A stretch of 64,000 bases of DNA from Anaerolineae bacterium (GCA_003130835.1 QEXX01000088.1:16715-80714); one strand, 5' to 3'; shown: positions 48,246 through 59,432, numbered from the stretch's first letter. Numbers and translations are program-made. Notes: generated from the sequence alone by a model not told the origin.

Positions 48246-49376
48246 ATGCAGACCATCAGTTCCACTCAAACGAAATTCTGGTTGCGCGTTGCGTTCAAGG
48301 GGTTTACCCTGTTCGTGATCGCCAACCTTGTTTTTCCTTTTTCTAACATTGATTATGGTAAATTCTCTTTATATAATCTCATTTTTATGGGGCGCCTGCG
48401 CCTGCCCTATAGCGAACAACCCTCTGAGTCGTATAATGTCACCATCACCAACCTAGATGCCATGTTTGCTTCTCATATTTTGAGCGGCAAGCCCAAATTT
48501 TCTACAGAATATCGTGTCCTGTTGATCGGCGACTCAGCAACCTGGGGTTATCTGCTTCTGCCCGACCAAACCCTGGCAGCCTATCTCAATGAGATGCAAT
48601 TACACACGCCAGACGGCAAACAAGTTGTTTTCTACAATCTTGGTTATCCGGTCATGTCGCTCTTAAAAGATGTCCTCTTACTTAAGAGAGGCCTCGAATA
48701 TCAACCGGATTTAGTGCTCTGGTTGGTCACGTTAGAATCCTTCCCCATGCAGAAACAATTTGCCTCGCCCTTGCTTGAGCAAAATCAGAGCGAGGTTATG
48801 CGTATGCTTAATGACCTAGAATTGAACAAGGCCATGCCTACCCCTCCGCTAGTTCAACAACCGCTTTGGAAACGCTCGTTAATCGGACAGCGCAAAGCCC
48901 TCGCCGATTGGTTCCGCTATCAACTGTATGGCTTTCTCTGGACTGCCACACACATTGATCACGCCATACCCGACGAAATCCCCGAAAAGCAGGTAGACCT
49001 AAGCGCTGATACCGAATTTTACAGCCAATCCCCACCCAATTTTGACCCGCATTTCCTTGCTTTTGCAGTGCTCGAAGCAGCCTTTCACTTAGCTACACCA
49101 ACCCCCATCATCTTGATTAACGAGCCGATGTTTATAAGCAACGGTCTAAACAGTCAAATTCGGTATAATTTTTATTACCCTCGTTGGGCATATGATGAAT
49201 ATCGCAACTTATTGGCAAATTTTTGTCTAGAGAGAAGCTTGACCTGCTGGGATATATGGAATTTGATCCCACCGGATGAGTTCACCAACACGGCAATCCA
49301 CATGACGCCACAAGGCACTGCTCAAACTGCACAATGGATAGCCACTGCACTGGACAAGTGGATGCAAAAACGCTAA
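48246..49376 (+). CDS. Membrane-anchored SGNH-like protein (DltD/AlgJ-like)
   Basis: N-terminal TM; block I LIGDSATWG; YNLG; C-terminal FTNTAIHMTPQG (DxxH-equivalent). Confidence 0.7.
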   Translation: MQTISSTQTKFWLRVAFKGFTLFVIANLVFPFSNIDYGKFSLYNLIFMGRLRLPYSEQPSESYNVTITNLDAMFASHILSGKPKFSTEYRVLLIGDSATWGYLLLPDQTLAAYLNEMQLHTPDGKQVVFYNLGYPVMSLLKDVLLLKRGLEYQPDLVLWLVTLESFPMQKQFASPLLEQNQSEVMRMLNDLELNKAMPTPPLVQQPLWKRSLIGQRKALADWFRYQLYGFLWTATHIDHAIPDEIPEKQVDLSADTEFYSQSPPNFDPHFLAFAVLEAAFHLATPTPIILINEPMFISNGLNSQIRYNFYYPRWAYDEYRNLLANFCLERSLTCWDIWNLIPPDEFTNTAIHMTPQGTAQTAQWIATALDKWMQKR

Positions 49377-49398
49377 ACGAAATTGAGATTTTCAACCC

Positions 49399-50445
49399 AT
49401 GATTCATCGTAACCTTGTCTTCCTTTTCCTCGTTAGTATTTGGTTCATCGGCGCTTGTCAACCTTTACAAACGCCGTCCGTTCAAAATCCAAATCCTTCT
49501 GACGGTGAAGGTTTCCTCCCTTCTCCAACAAAGAGGGTCAATCAATCACTCACAGGAACACCATCATCGCTCAATCAAGCGCAACCATCCCCAGAACCCC
49601 AAGGTCAACAGACCATTCCTCCCCTCCCAACCCTAACCCCCACCCTCTTGTCTATACCGAGTGACTCACCAACGCCACAACCCTCTCCAACGCCATCTCC
49701 AGACCCGCAAGATTGGATGGAATGGCCGGTAGTTCCCCTTCCGTCAGAGCGTGTAAAGGAAATTTATCAGACTGGCTTAGCGTTAGGCAACCATCCGAAC
49801 GCCTTTTCCAAAGTGGGGGATTGTGGCAGCACACCCTCCTGGTTTTTAGGGGATTTTGATCGCGGCCCTCGTTTCTATAATTTGGGAGAATACACCTACC
49901 TACAGACAGTCATCGACTATTATCAGGGTTCGTTTGGACGAACCAGCCTAGCCGCTTTGGCCGGCTATAACACTTCCTCGGTATTGACTCCTTTATGGTC
50001 AAACAAAGAATTTTGCGCCAACGATGAATCGCCTTTAGCCTGTGAATATCGGCTTCACCGTCCGGCGATTGCCTTGATTACCTTAGGGGCGAACGATGTC
50101 TATCATCTTGAAAGCTTTGAGCCCCAACTACGCAAAATCATTGAGTATTCCATCGAGCAAGGAGTCATCCCGGTCTTAGCGACCAAACCGGACAATGTTG
50201 AAAAAGATCACCGTATCAATCAAACAACCGCTCGCTTGGCAGCGGAATATCAAATTCCGCTTTGGAATTATTGGAAAGCCGTCCAACCCCTCCCCAATCA
50301 TGGATTACAGGAGGATGGCGTCCACATCACGTTTGCTAGCAACGACTTCAGCAACCCTTTGAATATGCAAGCTGGTTGGCCAGTTCGAAATCTGACCGCT
50401 TTACAAGTTCTATACGCCCTGTACACATATCTCAATACCCAATAA
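49399..50445 (+). CDS. SGNH/GDSL-fold lipoprotein
   Basis: Lipobox IGAC, Pro/Thr/Ser linker, KVGDC (block I), LGAND (block III), DGVH (block V). Confidence 0.75.
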   Translation: MIHRNLVFLFLVSIWFIGACQPLQTPSVQNPNPSDGEGFLPSPTKRVNQSLTGTPSSLNQAQPSPEPQGQQTIPPLPTLTPTLLSIPSDSPTPQPSPTPSPDPQDWMEWPVVPLPSERVKEIYQTGLALGNHPNAFSKVGDCGSTPSWFLGDFDRGPRFYNLGEYTYLQTVIDYYQGSFGRTSLAALAGYNTSSVLTPLWSNKEFCANDESPLACEYRLHRPAIALITLGANDVYHLESFEPQLRKIIEYSIEQGVIPVLATKPDNVEKDHRINQTTARLAAEYQIPLWNYWKAVQPLPNHGLQEDGVHITFASNDFSNPLNMQAGWPVRNLTALQVLYALYTYLNTQ

Positions 50446-50455
50446 GGCAGACCCT

Positions 50456-50707
50456 ATGGAAGAACTTCTGAATGACCTATCCAAATTTATTGCGGAAACC
50501 ATCCTGCAAAATCCATCTCGGAAGATCAAACCGACAGAAGCGTTGATTTCAAGTGGCTTATTGGACTCTTTCCATTTAGTTGACCTTGCCATCTATATCG
50601 AAGAGCGCTTTGGCGTAAAAATCGAAGACACCGAATTAAACCGCCAAACCTTTGATAATCTGCAAGAGTTGAGCAAGATCGTTTTTGACAGAATGCAAGG
50701 CAAATGA
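50456..50707 (+). CDS. Acyl carrier protein, DltC-like
   Basis: 83 aa, acidic; GLLDSF phosphopantetheine site; IEERFGVKI. Confidence 0.9.
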   Translation: MEELLNDLSKFIAETILQNPSRKIKPTEALISSGLLDSFHLVDLAIYIEERFGVKIEDTELNRQTFDNLQELSKIVFDRMQGK

Positions 50708-52404
50708 CAACGCTAGCGGAAATCATGCGGCGTACCGCAGTTGAAGAGCCCCAAAAGACCGCCATCATTTTCCAAGCGCGCGGCAAACCCGATCAGGTCA
50801 TCACTTATGAAATGTTGTATCGGAATGCCCTTCGCTACGGCAAGGTCCTTCGAGAGCAAGGAATTCAGCCTGACGAAGTCGTCATCATTGTCCTTCAGCA
50901 TAGCGTTGATTTGATCTACGCCTTCTTCGGGGCGATATTCGCCGGCGCCGTTCCTTCGATCATGCCCTTTTTAACCGAAAAACTCTCTCCAGAACATTAT
51001 CGCAAGTCCTTACGTTCCCTTTTTGAAGTGATTCAGCCTGCGGCAGTGATCACTTATGCCGAATTCGAAGCGGAGATTCAACAGGCCGCCCAAAACAGCT
51101 CAGTTCGCAAAATTCTAATTACCCATCATTTCTCCGCCATCGACTCGGATATAAACGCATTGCCGGGCTTTAGACGCGACCCGACAACCATTGTCCTTTT
51201 ACAGCATTCTTCCGGAACTACGGGGCTGCAAAAAGGTGTAGCGCTCTCCCATCAAGCTGTGCTGAACCAATTGAACGCTTATCAAAAAGCCATCCATCTT
51301 AACACTTCAGATGTCATCATCAGTTGGTTACCGCTCTACCATGATATGGGGCTAATTGCTGGATTTCTGATGCCCATTCTGCTCAAAGTTCCATTAGTGC
51401 TAATGTCTCCCTTTGATTGGGTTCGTTCCCCCGTTTTGCTCATGCGGGCTATCCATCAATATCAGGGTACGCTAACCTGGTTGCCCAATTTTGCCTATAA
51501 CTTTTGCGCGCAAAAAATCCGCCCCTCCGATATGGAAGGCGTTAACCTATCCTCTTTGCGGGCGGTCATCAATTGCTCCGAACCAATGATGCTATCCAGC
51601 CATGAAAGGTTCTTGCAACGTTTTAAACCCTATGGACTCAAGGCAAGCGCCTTGGCAACCTGCTATGCTATGGCTGAGAACGTTTTTGCCGTCTCACAGG
51701 ATGGGATTGATAAGCCGGTCACGCTGGATTGGATCGACCGAAGAGGGCTATTGGTAGAGAAAGTTGCTCGCCCCGCCTCTCAAGGAATCGATTCAATGTG
51801 TATGGTTTCGGCTGGAAAACCGCTTGAAAACACCCAAGTTCAGATTGTGGATGAGAAAGGAAATCCCTTACCGGAGCGGGTGATCGGTGAAATTGCCCTG
51901 AAAAGTGATTGTATGTTGAGCGAGTACTACAAGCGTCCAGACTTGACGCAGGCAGCTTTTTTAGATGGTTGGTATCTGACCGGCGACCTTGGTTATCTCG
52001 CCAACGGAGAGGTTTATATTACTGGCCGAAAAAAGGACTTAATCATCGTAGGCGGAAAAAACATTTATCCCCAGGATATCGAACGGATTGCCGGAGAAGT
52101 TGAAGGCGTCTATCCAGGGCGTGTGGTTGCATTTGGTGTCCTTAATGAAGACTTGGGTACAGAGGAAGTGGTTGTCGTTGCTGAAACAGAGGAAGTTGAC
52201 CCTCAGCGAAAGCTCGAGATCTCTGAGCAAATCTGCTTCCAAGTCAACCGCTCGAGCGACATTGTCCTCAGAAAGGCTGTGCTTGTCGAGCGGGGCTGGC
52301 TCCTAAAAACCAGCAGCGGTAAAATCGCCCGCTCGGCAAATCGCGAAAAATATTTGCGGAAACTTCAAGAAACAGGACGAGGGGAGGACAGCACAGAGCG
52401 ATAG
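50704..52404 (+). CDS. Fatty acyl-AMP ligase-type adenylating enzyme
   Basis: LQHSSGTTGLQKGV, SWLPLYHDMGLI, PNFAY, CYAMAE, TGDLG, GRKKDLII.GG.N.YPQDIE, KTSSGKIAR. Confidence 0.87.
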   Translation: MTTLAEIMRRTAVEEPQKTAIIFQARGKPDQVITYEMLYRNALRYGKVLREQGIQPDEVVIIVLQHSVDLIYAFFGAIFAGAVPSIMPFLTEKLSPEHYRKSLRSLFEVIQPAAVITYAEFEAEIQQAAQNSSVRKILITHHFSAIDSDINALPGFRRDPTTIVLLQHSSGTTGLQKGVALSHQAVLNQLNAYQKAIHLNTSDVIISWLPLYHDMGLIAGFLMPILLKVPLVLMSPFDWVRSPVLLMRAIHQYQGTLTWLPNFAYNFCAQKIRPSDMEGVNLSSLRAVINCSEPMMLSSHERFLQRFKPYGLKASALATCYAMAENVFAVSQDGIDKPVTLDWIDRRGLLVEKVARPASQGIDSMCMVSAGKPLENTQVQIVDEKGNPLPERVIGEIALKSDCMLSEYYKRPDLTQAAFLDGWYLTGDLGYLANGEVYITGRKKDLIIVGGKNIYPQDIERIAGEVEGVYPGRVVAFGVLNEDLGTEEVVVVAETEEVDPQRKLEISEQICFQVNRSSDIVLRKAVLVERGWLLKTSSGKIARSANREKYLRKLQETGRGEDSTER

Positions 52405-53621
52405 AGGTCAATCATCCTATTGGCGATTAGCTCCCAACCAAACGCCTTCGCAAATTCAGCCGCTTGTTTGCCCATTTTTGCTCGTAGTTCAGAATCAGAG
52501 AGCAGGCTGGCAATACACTCCGCCAGCAATTGAGGCTCATCAACGGGGACGGTACAGCCGGTAATGCCATCCTGAACCAAGTAGGCTAATCCGCCAACAT
52601 TGGATGCTACCACTGGGGTGCCACAAGCCATGGCTTCCAAAGCAACCATTCCAAACGATTCATAATGCGATGGAACGACCACAATCTCGGCTGCAGAATA
52701 ATAATAAGGGAGGGTATCCTGACTTTTCTTTCCCAAAAAGGCGACCAAATCCTCCAATCCATATTCGCTTCTCATGGTGCTGAGGCGCTCCTGTTCAGAG
52801 CCTCGAATTTCAGGCTCTCCATCTTCATTACCGCCAATTACTGCCAGACAGAATGGAGTCCGCTCCCACAAACCATTTTGGCGCATGATCGCAATCGCTT
52901 TAAATAAAACATCCAAACCTTTTAGCGGTTCGATGCGACCTACAAAAAGCATCATCCGATCACAAGGACGAATGCCAATATATTCTTTGGCTTCATCCAT
53001 CGGAATCGGATAAAAGCGGCTTAAGTCCACCCCTGGCGGAATCACTTGAATTTTGGATACATCAGCCTGATAGAGCCACTGTAATTGGGCTAATTCTGCC
53101 GGAGTAGCCGCAACAACCCGATCCACCTCTTTCAAAACCCGATTTTCTCCTATAATGCGATATTCTCCCTCAGCCTCAGTGGCAGAGCGTGCAACACGCT
53201 GTTTCATCTTTCCAAGCGTGTGAAACATGTGTACCACTGGTACCTGCCATACCTTCTTTAACTCTAACGCAGCAAGTCCTGACATCCAATAATGGCTATG
53301 GAGCAGGTCGTACTTAAATCCCTTCTGATCCGCAAAATCGACAATCCCCTCTACAAATTGGGGTAGATATCGACTTAATTCTGCTTTCGGCAAAGGGGTC
53401 TCCGGACCAGCCGGAATGTGAACAACCCGATTGCCAAAACCCAACTCATGCAGGACATGTGGCACATGTTCATCTTGCGAACGGGTGAAAACATCTACCT
53501 GAACCCCCAACGCACCAAGCTGGTGGCTCAGATCACGCACATAGACATTCATTCCACCCGTGTCCTTTCCGCCTAAGGTTGCCAAAGGACAAGTATGATA
53601 AGACAACATGGCTATCCGCAT
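52365..53621 (-). CDS. GT4 glycosyltransferase, MshA-like
   Basis: HTCPL..GGKDTGGMNVYV, HSHYWMSG, FVGRIEPLKG, PSHYESFGMVALEAMACG. Confidence 0.85.
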   Translation of the reverse strand: MRIAMLSYHTCPLATLGGKDTGGMNVYVRDLSHQLGALGVQVDVFTRSQDEHVPHVLHELGFGNRVVHIPAGPETPLPKAELSRYLPQFVEGIVDFADQKGFKYDLLHSHYWMSGLAALELKKVWQVPVVHMFHTLGKMKQRVARSATEAEGEYRIIGENRVLKEVDRVVAATPAELAQLQWLYQADVSKIQVIPPGVDLSRFYPIPMDEAKEYIGIRPCDRMMLFVGRIEPLKGLDVLFKAIAIMRQNGLWERTPFCLAVIGGNEDGEPEIRGSEQERLSTMRSEYGLEDLVAFLGKKSQDTLPYYYSAAEIVVVPSHYESFGMVALEAMACGTPVVASNVGGLAYLVQDGITGCTVPVDEPQLLAECIASLLSDSELRAKMGKQAAEFAKAFGWELIANRMIDLYRSVLSSPRPVS

Positions 53622-53656
53622 AGTTTATCCTTTGCATGCCAAGATCATTAATTTCC

Positions 53657-53685
53657 TTGTCATTCTAGCACATCCTTTGTATAAT
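53657..53685 (+). promoter_or_regulatory. Sigma70 promoter of tRNA-Thr
   Basis: TTGTCA-17-TATAAT, 15 nt upstream of the tRNA. Confidence 0.72.
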
Positions 53686-53700
53686 CAGAGTTAGAATTTT

Positions 53701-53773
53701 GCCACCGTAGCTCAGCAGGCAGAGCAAGCGTTTCGTAAACGTTAGGTCAAGGGTTCGAATCCCTTCGGTGGCT
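53701..53773 (+). tRNA. tRNA-Thr(CGT)
   Basis: GCCACCG acceptor stem; AGCGT-TTCGTAA-ACGTT anticodon arm; GGTTCGAATCC T arm; followed by a T-run. Confidence 0.96.
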
Positions 53774-53813
53774 TTTTTGTTTTTTCGACATCTTACTTCA
53801 GTATAATTAAGTC

Positions 53814-54455
53814 ATGGTGATTCGATTGACCCCCCTAGTGATTGGGATTGCCGGTGGATCGGGTTCAGGCAAAACAACAGTTGCCAACATGATCATCCAA
53901 CACGTTGGAGCAGAAAAAATTGCTTACCTCCCTCACGATGCTTATTACAAAGACCTTAGCAACTTACCTGAAGCCCAACGCCACCTCATCAATTTTGACC
54001 ACCCCAACTCTCTCGAAACTTCTCTGCTCATCCAGCACGTCATCCAACTGAAAAAAGGCCTGCCGATCGAATTACCGATTTATGACTTTCGCATCCATTG
54101 TCGCACCAGCCAAACTCAACGCATTGAACCCAAATCAGTCATCATCGTTGAAGGTATTTTGATCTTCGCCGAAGCCGAATTAAGAGAACTTTTTGATGTC
54201 AAGATCTTTGTCGATACCGATCCAGACATCCGCTTTATCCGCCGTTTACAAAGGGACATTCTTGAGCGCGGGCGATCTACGGAATCGGTCATTCAACAAT
54301 ATTTGTCCACCGTGAGGCCAATGCACCTTGAATTCGTTGAGCCATCCAAACGGTATGCAGATATTATTATTCCGGAAGGGGGGCTAAATACTGTTGCGAT
54401 TGATATGGTGGTAGCCCGCATCAACGCTCTGCTTCAAGAAGCCAATCATGAATGA
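53814..54455 (+). CDS. udk: Uridine kinase
   Basis: IGIAGGSGSGKTT, HDAYY, NFDHP, VEGIL, RRLQRD..ERGR, EPSKRYADIIIP. Confidence 0.96.
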   Translation: MVIRLTPLVIGIAGGSGSGKTTVANMIIQHVGAEKIAYLPHDAYYKDLSNLPEAQRHLINFDHPNSLETSLLIQHVIQLKKGLPIELPIYDFRIHCRTSQTQRIEPKSVIIVEGILIFAEAELRELFDVKIFVDTDPDIRFIRRLQRDILERGRSTESVIQQYLSTVRPMHLEFVEPSKRYADIIIPEGGLNTVAIDMVVARINALLQEANHE

Positions 54456-55014
54456 ATCAGCACCAACGCACTCAACCAATCGCAAACGGTATTACCTATG
54501 GCGTATCTTAGCAATCCTAGCGGTCATCAGCTTAAGTCTGTTTATTTTCAGCATTCGTCAAGACGCAGCAAAATTAGCCATTTTGGGTTATCCGGGCGTA
54601 TTTCTAATTGCCTTCATGGCTTACGCTACGGTAATCTTACCTGCACCTGCGCTAGCGATCATCTTTACCTTTGGGGGCGTTTTATCCAATCCGCTAGCAG
54701 TAGCTCTTGCTGCAAGTTTAGGCGCCACTGCTGGCGAAATCAGTGGGTATTTAGCCGGTTTTGGCGGTCAAGTCGTCGTCCAGCGGTTTGACATCTACGA
54801 ACGATTAACCCTTTGGATGCAAAAGCATGGTGGCATTACCGTTTATGTGCTTGCGGCAATTCCAAATCCTTTTTTTGATGTTGCTGGTATGGCAGCCGGA
54901 GCACTCAAAATGCCCTTGCACATCTTTCTTTTTTGGTGTTTCTTGGGGCAGACAACCAAGATGTTGATTTTCGCTTATTTAGGTTCGGGATTCTTGAGCC
55001 GCTTTTTCCAATAA
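54448..55014 (+). CDS. DedA/VTT family membrane protein
   Basis: Multiple TM helices; LGATAGEISGY..G and IPNPFFDVAGMAAG motifs. Confidence 0.82.
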   Translation: MNESAPTHSTNRKRYYLWRILAILAVISLSLFIFSIRQDAAKLAILGYPGVFLIAFMAYATVILPAPALAIIFTFGGVLSNPLAVALAASLGATAGEISGYLAGFGGQVVVQRFDIYERLTLWMQKHGGITVYVLAAIPNPFFDVAGMAAGALKMPLHIFLFWCFLGQTTKMLIFAYLGSGFLSRFFQ

Positions 55015-55058
55015 GAATCTTGTCAGATTTCTAATTAAAACCGATATAATGAGGGGCA

Positions 55059-57854
55059 ATGGATTCACTGATTGCATTAGACATTGAAACAACCGGTTCG
55101 GATACCGAGAAAGACCTTATTATCGAAGTGGCAGCCATTCGATTCAACCTTAGACGCGTTGAAGCCGAATGGCATTCTTTAATTAATCCAGGCAAGCCCA
55201 TCCCACCGGCGATTACGCTTCTTACCGGCATCACTGATCAGATGTTGGTCAACGCACCCTCCATTCAAGAGGTTGCCCAAGACTTGAGTCGTTTTATCGG
55301 CAACAGCCCAATTGTGGGACATTCGATTAACTTCGATCTCGCCTTCCTTAACCGTTTCGGAATTGCCCGATACAATCCGATCATCGATACTTATGAAATT
55401 GCATCGGTTCTCAATCCTACCTCCAGCCGCTATAACCTAACGGCTTTGGCACAACAATACGGCATCCTGATCCAAGGGAAACATCGTGCTTTAGAAGATG
55501 CGCGGACGACGCGGGCTTTGTTTCTGCGCCTTTATGAAGAATTGCTCAAGCTTCCCATCCGTTTATTGGCAGAGATCGTTCATCTCACTGAAGACAGCGA
55601 TTGGGGTGGCTTTGGAGCATTCCAAAGCGCCCTAAAAGAGCGCACTCAAGAAATTGTCTCGCCCGAAGCTGCCACAAGCATTTTCAAAGGACCGCTTTTC
55701 CGCAACCCTGTGCCCATTCCAATGCCCATTCAACCCAACCAAACCGTTGTGCCCCTAGACGCTGAAGAAGTTTCTTCCCTCTTAGAACACGGTGGAGCGT
55801 TTGCACGGTATTTCCCTAGCTATGAATACCGTCCCCAACAAGTAGCCATGCTGCAGGCAGTTTGCGATGCCTTGTCAAACGGCAAACACCTCTTGATTGA
55901 AGCTGGCACCGGCACCGGCAAATCAATGGCTTATCTCATTCCAGCCTCTCTTTGGGCGCTGAAAAACCAAACCAGGGTGGTTATCTCAACCAACACCATC
56001 AACCTTCAAGACCAACTGATCAAGAAGGACATCCCCGACCTGATCAACGCTCTTAGCCTCGATTTGAGGGCGGTGGTGCTTAAGGGACGAAGCAATTATC
56101 TGTGCCTTAGGCGATTTGAGAATTTTTATCGCCGCGGTCCCCAAACCGCCGATGAAGCCCGTTTCCTTGCCAAAATTCTCGTCTGGTTGCAATTCACCGA
56201 GAGCGGCGACCGCGCCGAGCTTAATCTCAATAACCCGGCTGAGCGAGAAATTTGGAGCTCCATCTCGGCTGAAGACGAAGGATGTAGCATGGAAAACTGT
56301 TACCAACGTACCGGTGGACGTTGCCCCTTTTATCGCATCCGCCAATCCGCTCAAAGTGCTCACCTGTTAATCGTCAATCATGCTTTATTGCTTTCCGACA
56401 TCGCCAGTGGCAACCGAGTCCTGCCAGATTACGATTACCTAATCGTAGATGAAGCCCATCACATCGAAGATGCCACAACCAACGCCCTAAGTATTGCTAT
56501 AAATCGCAGCGATATTGAACGATTGATCCGCGAGTTGGGCAGTAGCCGCAGCGGTATGCTTCATCGCGTTGATGAGGTACTGTCAAAACTTCTTCAGCCC
56601 GCTGACTTCGCCAATTTTCAGGTTTTGCTCGATCGAGCGATGGATTTATCCTTTCGCTTAGAAGAACTCAATCGTCAATTCTTTACTGCAATTGATGAAT
56701 ATTTATATGACTTGCGTGAGGGCAGAGAAATTGGCATGTACACTCACCAAGAACGGATTGTTCAAGCGCATCGTTCTCAACCTGGTTGGTATAGCATTGA
56801 GGCAGCCTGGGAGGAAACTGAAGCAGTTTTCAACTCCCTGCTGGAAATCTTACGCTTCTTTCTATCTCTCTTAGCAGAGAACATTGAAAATGTCATCGAT
56901 TTAGACGAAGACCTGTACACAGACTTAAGCAATCTTGCCCGTCGCTATCAGGAAATCTTGGACCATCTGCATAGCTTTGTTTTCAAACCCGAAACCGACA
57001 AAATCTACTGGATTGAAATAAAAAACAATCACGGAAACATCTCTTTGCATACTGCCCCTTTAGAAATCGGCTCATTAATGAAAAGACACATATGGAATGA
57101 AAAAACCGCTGTGATATTAACTTCGGCAACCCTAACAACAGCGGGCGAGTTTCAATATATCCGCAGCCGTTTACAAGCTGAGGACGCTGTAGAATTACAA
57201 GTTGGTTCTCCCTTTGATTACGAAACGTCCACTTTGCTATATCTTATCAGCGACATTCCCGAACCCAATGAACGCTTTGCCTACCAAAAAGCACTCGAGA
57301 CAGCCATTATTCAAACCAGCCTTGCAGCGGGTGGACGAACTTTGGTGTTATTTACCTCCTATGATCAGTTGAGGCGCACATCGCAAGCAATTGCGCGGGT
57401 CTTAACGAAGAATGATATTATCATCTATGAACAGGGAGAAGGTGCCTCTCCCCACTCATTGCTGGATAGTTTCCGCTCTACCGAACGAGCAGTTCTCCTC
57501 GGGACACGTTCCTTCTGGGAAGGCGTGGACGTGCCCGGAGAAGCGCTATCCGTGCTGATGATCACCAAACTACCCTTCGATGTCCCGTCTGATCCAATTA
57601 TCTCTGCCCGTGCAGAAACTTTCGAAGACCCCTTCAACCAATATATGATCCCCGAAGCGGTACTCAAGTTCCGCCAAGGGTTTGGAAGGCTAATCCGCAG
57701 TAAACAAGACCGCGGTGTTGTGGTGATTTTAGACAAACGTGTCCAAAGTAAACGATACGGAAAGGTTTTTATCGATTCTCTGCCAGCTTGTACAACTCAA
57801 GTGGGAAGCCTTGCCACCTTACCGCGCGTGGTTCAACGCTGGCTAAATCTGTAG
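55059..57854 (+). CDS. dinG: DinG family helicase with N-terminal DEDDh exonuclease
   Basis: LDIETTG/HSINFD/HRALED exonuclease; [36 protein letters not shown]. Confidence 0.93.
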   Translation: MDSLIALDIETTGSDTEKDLIIEVAAIRFNLRRVEAEWHSLINPGKPIPPAITLLTGITDQMLVNAPSIQEVAQDLSRFIGNSPIVGHSINFDLAFLNRFGIARYNPIIDTYEIASVLNPTSSRYNLTALAQQYGILIQGKHRALEDARTTRALFLRLYEELLKLPIRLLAEIVHLTEDSDWGGFGAFQSALKERTQEIVSPEAATSIFKGPLFRNPVPIPMPIQPNQTVVPLDAEEVSSLLEHGGAFARYFPSYEYRPQQVAMLQAVCDALSNGKHLLIEAGTGTGKSMAYLIPASLWALKNQTRVVISTNTINLQDQLIKKDIPDLINALSLDLRAVVLKGRSNYLCLRRFENFYRRGPQTADEARFLAKILVWLQFTESGDRAELNLNNPAEREIWSSISAEDEGCSMENCYQRTGGRCPFYRIRQSAQSAHLLIVNHALLLSDIASGNRVLPDYDYLIVDEAHHIEDATTNALSIAINRSDIERLIRELGSSRSGMLHRVDEVLSKLLQPADFANFQVLLDRAMDLSFRLEELNRQFFTAIDEYLYDLREGREIGMYTHQERIVQAHRSQPGWYSIEAAWEETEAVFNSLLEILRFFLSLLAENIENVIDLDEDLYTDLSNLARRYQEILDHLHSFVFKPETDKIYWIEIKNNHGNISLHTAPLEIGSLMKRHIWNEKTAVILTSATLTTAGEFQYIRSRLQAEDAVELQVGSPFDYETSTLLYLISDIPEPNERFAYQKALETAIIQTSLAAGGRTLVLFTSYDQLRRTSQAIARVLTKNDIIIYEQGEGASPHSLLDSFRSTERAVLLGTRSFWEGVDVPGEALSVLMITKLPFDVPSDPIISARAETFEDPFNQYMIPEAVLKFRQGFGRLIRSKQDRGVVVILDKRVQSKRYGKVFIDSLPACTTQVGSLATLPRVVQRWLNL

Positions 57855-59432
57855 AGAGCCACTGCCATTTAGAGAATTGTTCTCCAGCTTAGGTTGAGAT
57901 TTTTCAATCAGTTCCTGTTTCAGGTTCCACAGTTTCTGCGTCAAAGAAACGTGATAGATATGCGGATACATCAGTCTTCGAACCCCGGGATCTAGTTTCT
58001 CCACATCCTTTTCGCGCTTGGCTCGAATCTCTTCCAGGGTCGGCAACGTGGTAACCAACTTGCCGTCTTTGAGAATTGTCTCCAATAAAGGCTCGATCTC
58101 TGAAATCTCTTCTCGGTGCAGGGTGCGATATTTGGTATGGTCCGTCGGATGCCTTAGGGTGAGAGAAGGCTTATTACGGGGGTCTTCTTCGGAGAGGGCA
58201 ATCAAATCCGCAGTGGCTTTGCCGCGTTGATCATAAATTCGCCACACCTTTTTGTTGCCTGGATTCGGTGTCTTTTCAAGCGACTCGCTGATCTTTATTG
58301 CAGGCTTCCATTGGTTTTGGTCATACACTGCCACGAGTTTATAAACCCCACCCAAAGCTGGCTCCCCCCACGAGGTAATCAAACGGGTTCCTACTCCATA
58401 CACTAAGCGGCGGATCAATCGATCGGCATCTACCCCATATCGCGGCGCTTCTTCAATAATCTGTGTGATAATTTGCCAAATGACCATCTCGTCCAAATTA
58501 TTGGATAGCACAATAGAAACATCCTCAAACCCAGCTTCATCTAACATTTTCGCAGCTTGAATGCTCAGAAAAGCTAGGTCCCCCGAGTCCAAGCGAATGC
58601 CCAGCGGTTTATGCCCCTTGCGACGCAATTCTTCAAAGACCTTGATGGCATTTGGAATACCGCTTTCAAGGGAATCAATCGTATCCACGAGTAATAGACA
58701 ATCGTCCGGATAGACCTCTGCATAAGCACGAAAGGCATCGAGTTCTGTCATCCCTAAAGCAATAAATAATTGCACCATACTATGGGCATGGGTGCCTTTC
58801 GGAGGTAACCCTAAGAGCGCAGAGACCCCTACATTCGAAGTAAACATGGCGCCGCCGATTAAAGCCGCGCGAGCGCCGGCATTGGCTCCGACATGTTGTC
58901 CTCTGCGCAAACCAAACTCCAAAACCACCTGACCCCGCCCGATCTCGTGAATGCGTGCTGCTTTGGTAGCAATCAAGATTTGATAGTTCAAGTGGTTCAA
59001 GAGAGAAGTCTCCAGAATCTGCGCCATTGCCAATGGACCTTGAACTACCGTTATGGGGACATTTGGGTGAATCACCCTCCCTTCCGGAATAGCATACAGG
59101 GTGATGCCTTCAAAGTTCCCATAGCGATACAACCAATCCAAAAAGTCTGCCTCAAAGAGCGGCTTTCCACTGCGGGTGCGTTGCGTTTTTAGATAGTTAA
59201 TTTCGGTGATTCCAAACCGCGATTGAAACATCCAATTGAGCAACCATTCCAACCCAGCGTTCACACAATAACCGGCTTTATGCGTGCCATAATCTGGATA
59301 ATTGCGGAAATAATGATCAAATTGCACCTGTTTTTCATGATACCCCATGCGAAAATAAAGTTGTGCCATGGTTAATTGATATTGATCGGTAAAAAGAATC
59401 CCCTCCGCCAATGCTTTTTCAGCCAAATTCAT
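57843..59432 (-). CDS. pncB: Nicotinate phosphoribosyltransferase
   Basis: [45 protein letters not shown]. Confidence 0.93.
   Translation of the reverse strand: MNLAEKALAEGILFTDQYQLTMAQLYFRMGYHEKQVQFDHYFRNYPDYGTHKAGYCVNAGLEWLLNWMFQSRFGITEINYLKTQRTRSGKPLFEADFLDWLYRYGNFEGITLYAIPEGRVIHPNVPITVVQGPLAMAQILETSLLNHLNYQILIATKAARIHEIGRGQVVLEFGLRRGQHVGANAGARAALIGGAMFTSNVGVSALLGLPPKGTHAHSMVQLFIALGMTELDAFRAYAEVYPDDCLLLVDTIDSLESGIPNAIKVFEELRRKGHKPLGIRLDSGDLAFLSIQAAKMLDEAGFEDVSIVLSNNLDEMVIWQIITQIIEEAPRYGVDADRLIRRLVYGVGTRLITSWGEPALGGVYKLVAVYDQNQWKPAIKISESLEKTPNPGNKKVWRIYDQRGKATADLIALSEEDPRNKPSLTLRHPTDHTKYRTLHREEISEIEPLLETILKDGKLVTTLPTLEEIRAKREKDVEKLDPGVRRLMYPHIYHVSLTQKLWNLKQELIEKSQPKLENNSLNGSGSLQI

Noticed and set aside
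38901-53621. Mycothiol/bacillithiol pathway from the MshA-like GT4 plus PIG-L deacetylase
   Set aside because: The genes are about 13 kb apart, both families are broad, and no ligase (MshC/BshC) is present in the window.
9666-53773. tRNA-anchored genomic islands at the three tRNAs
   Set aside because: No integrase, and I noticed no duplicated tRNA 3' ends; flanking genes are housekeeping.
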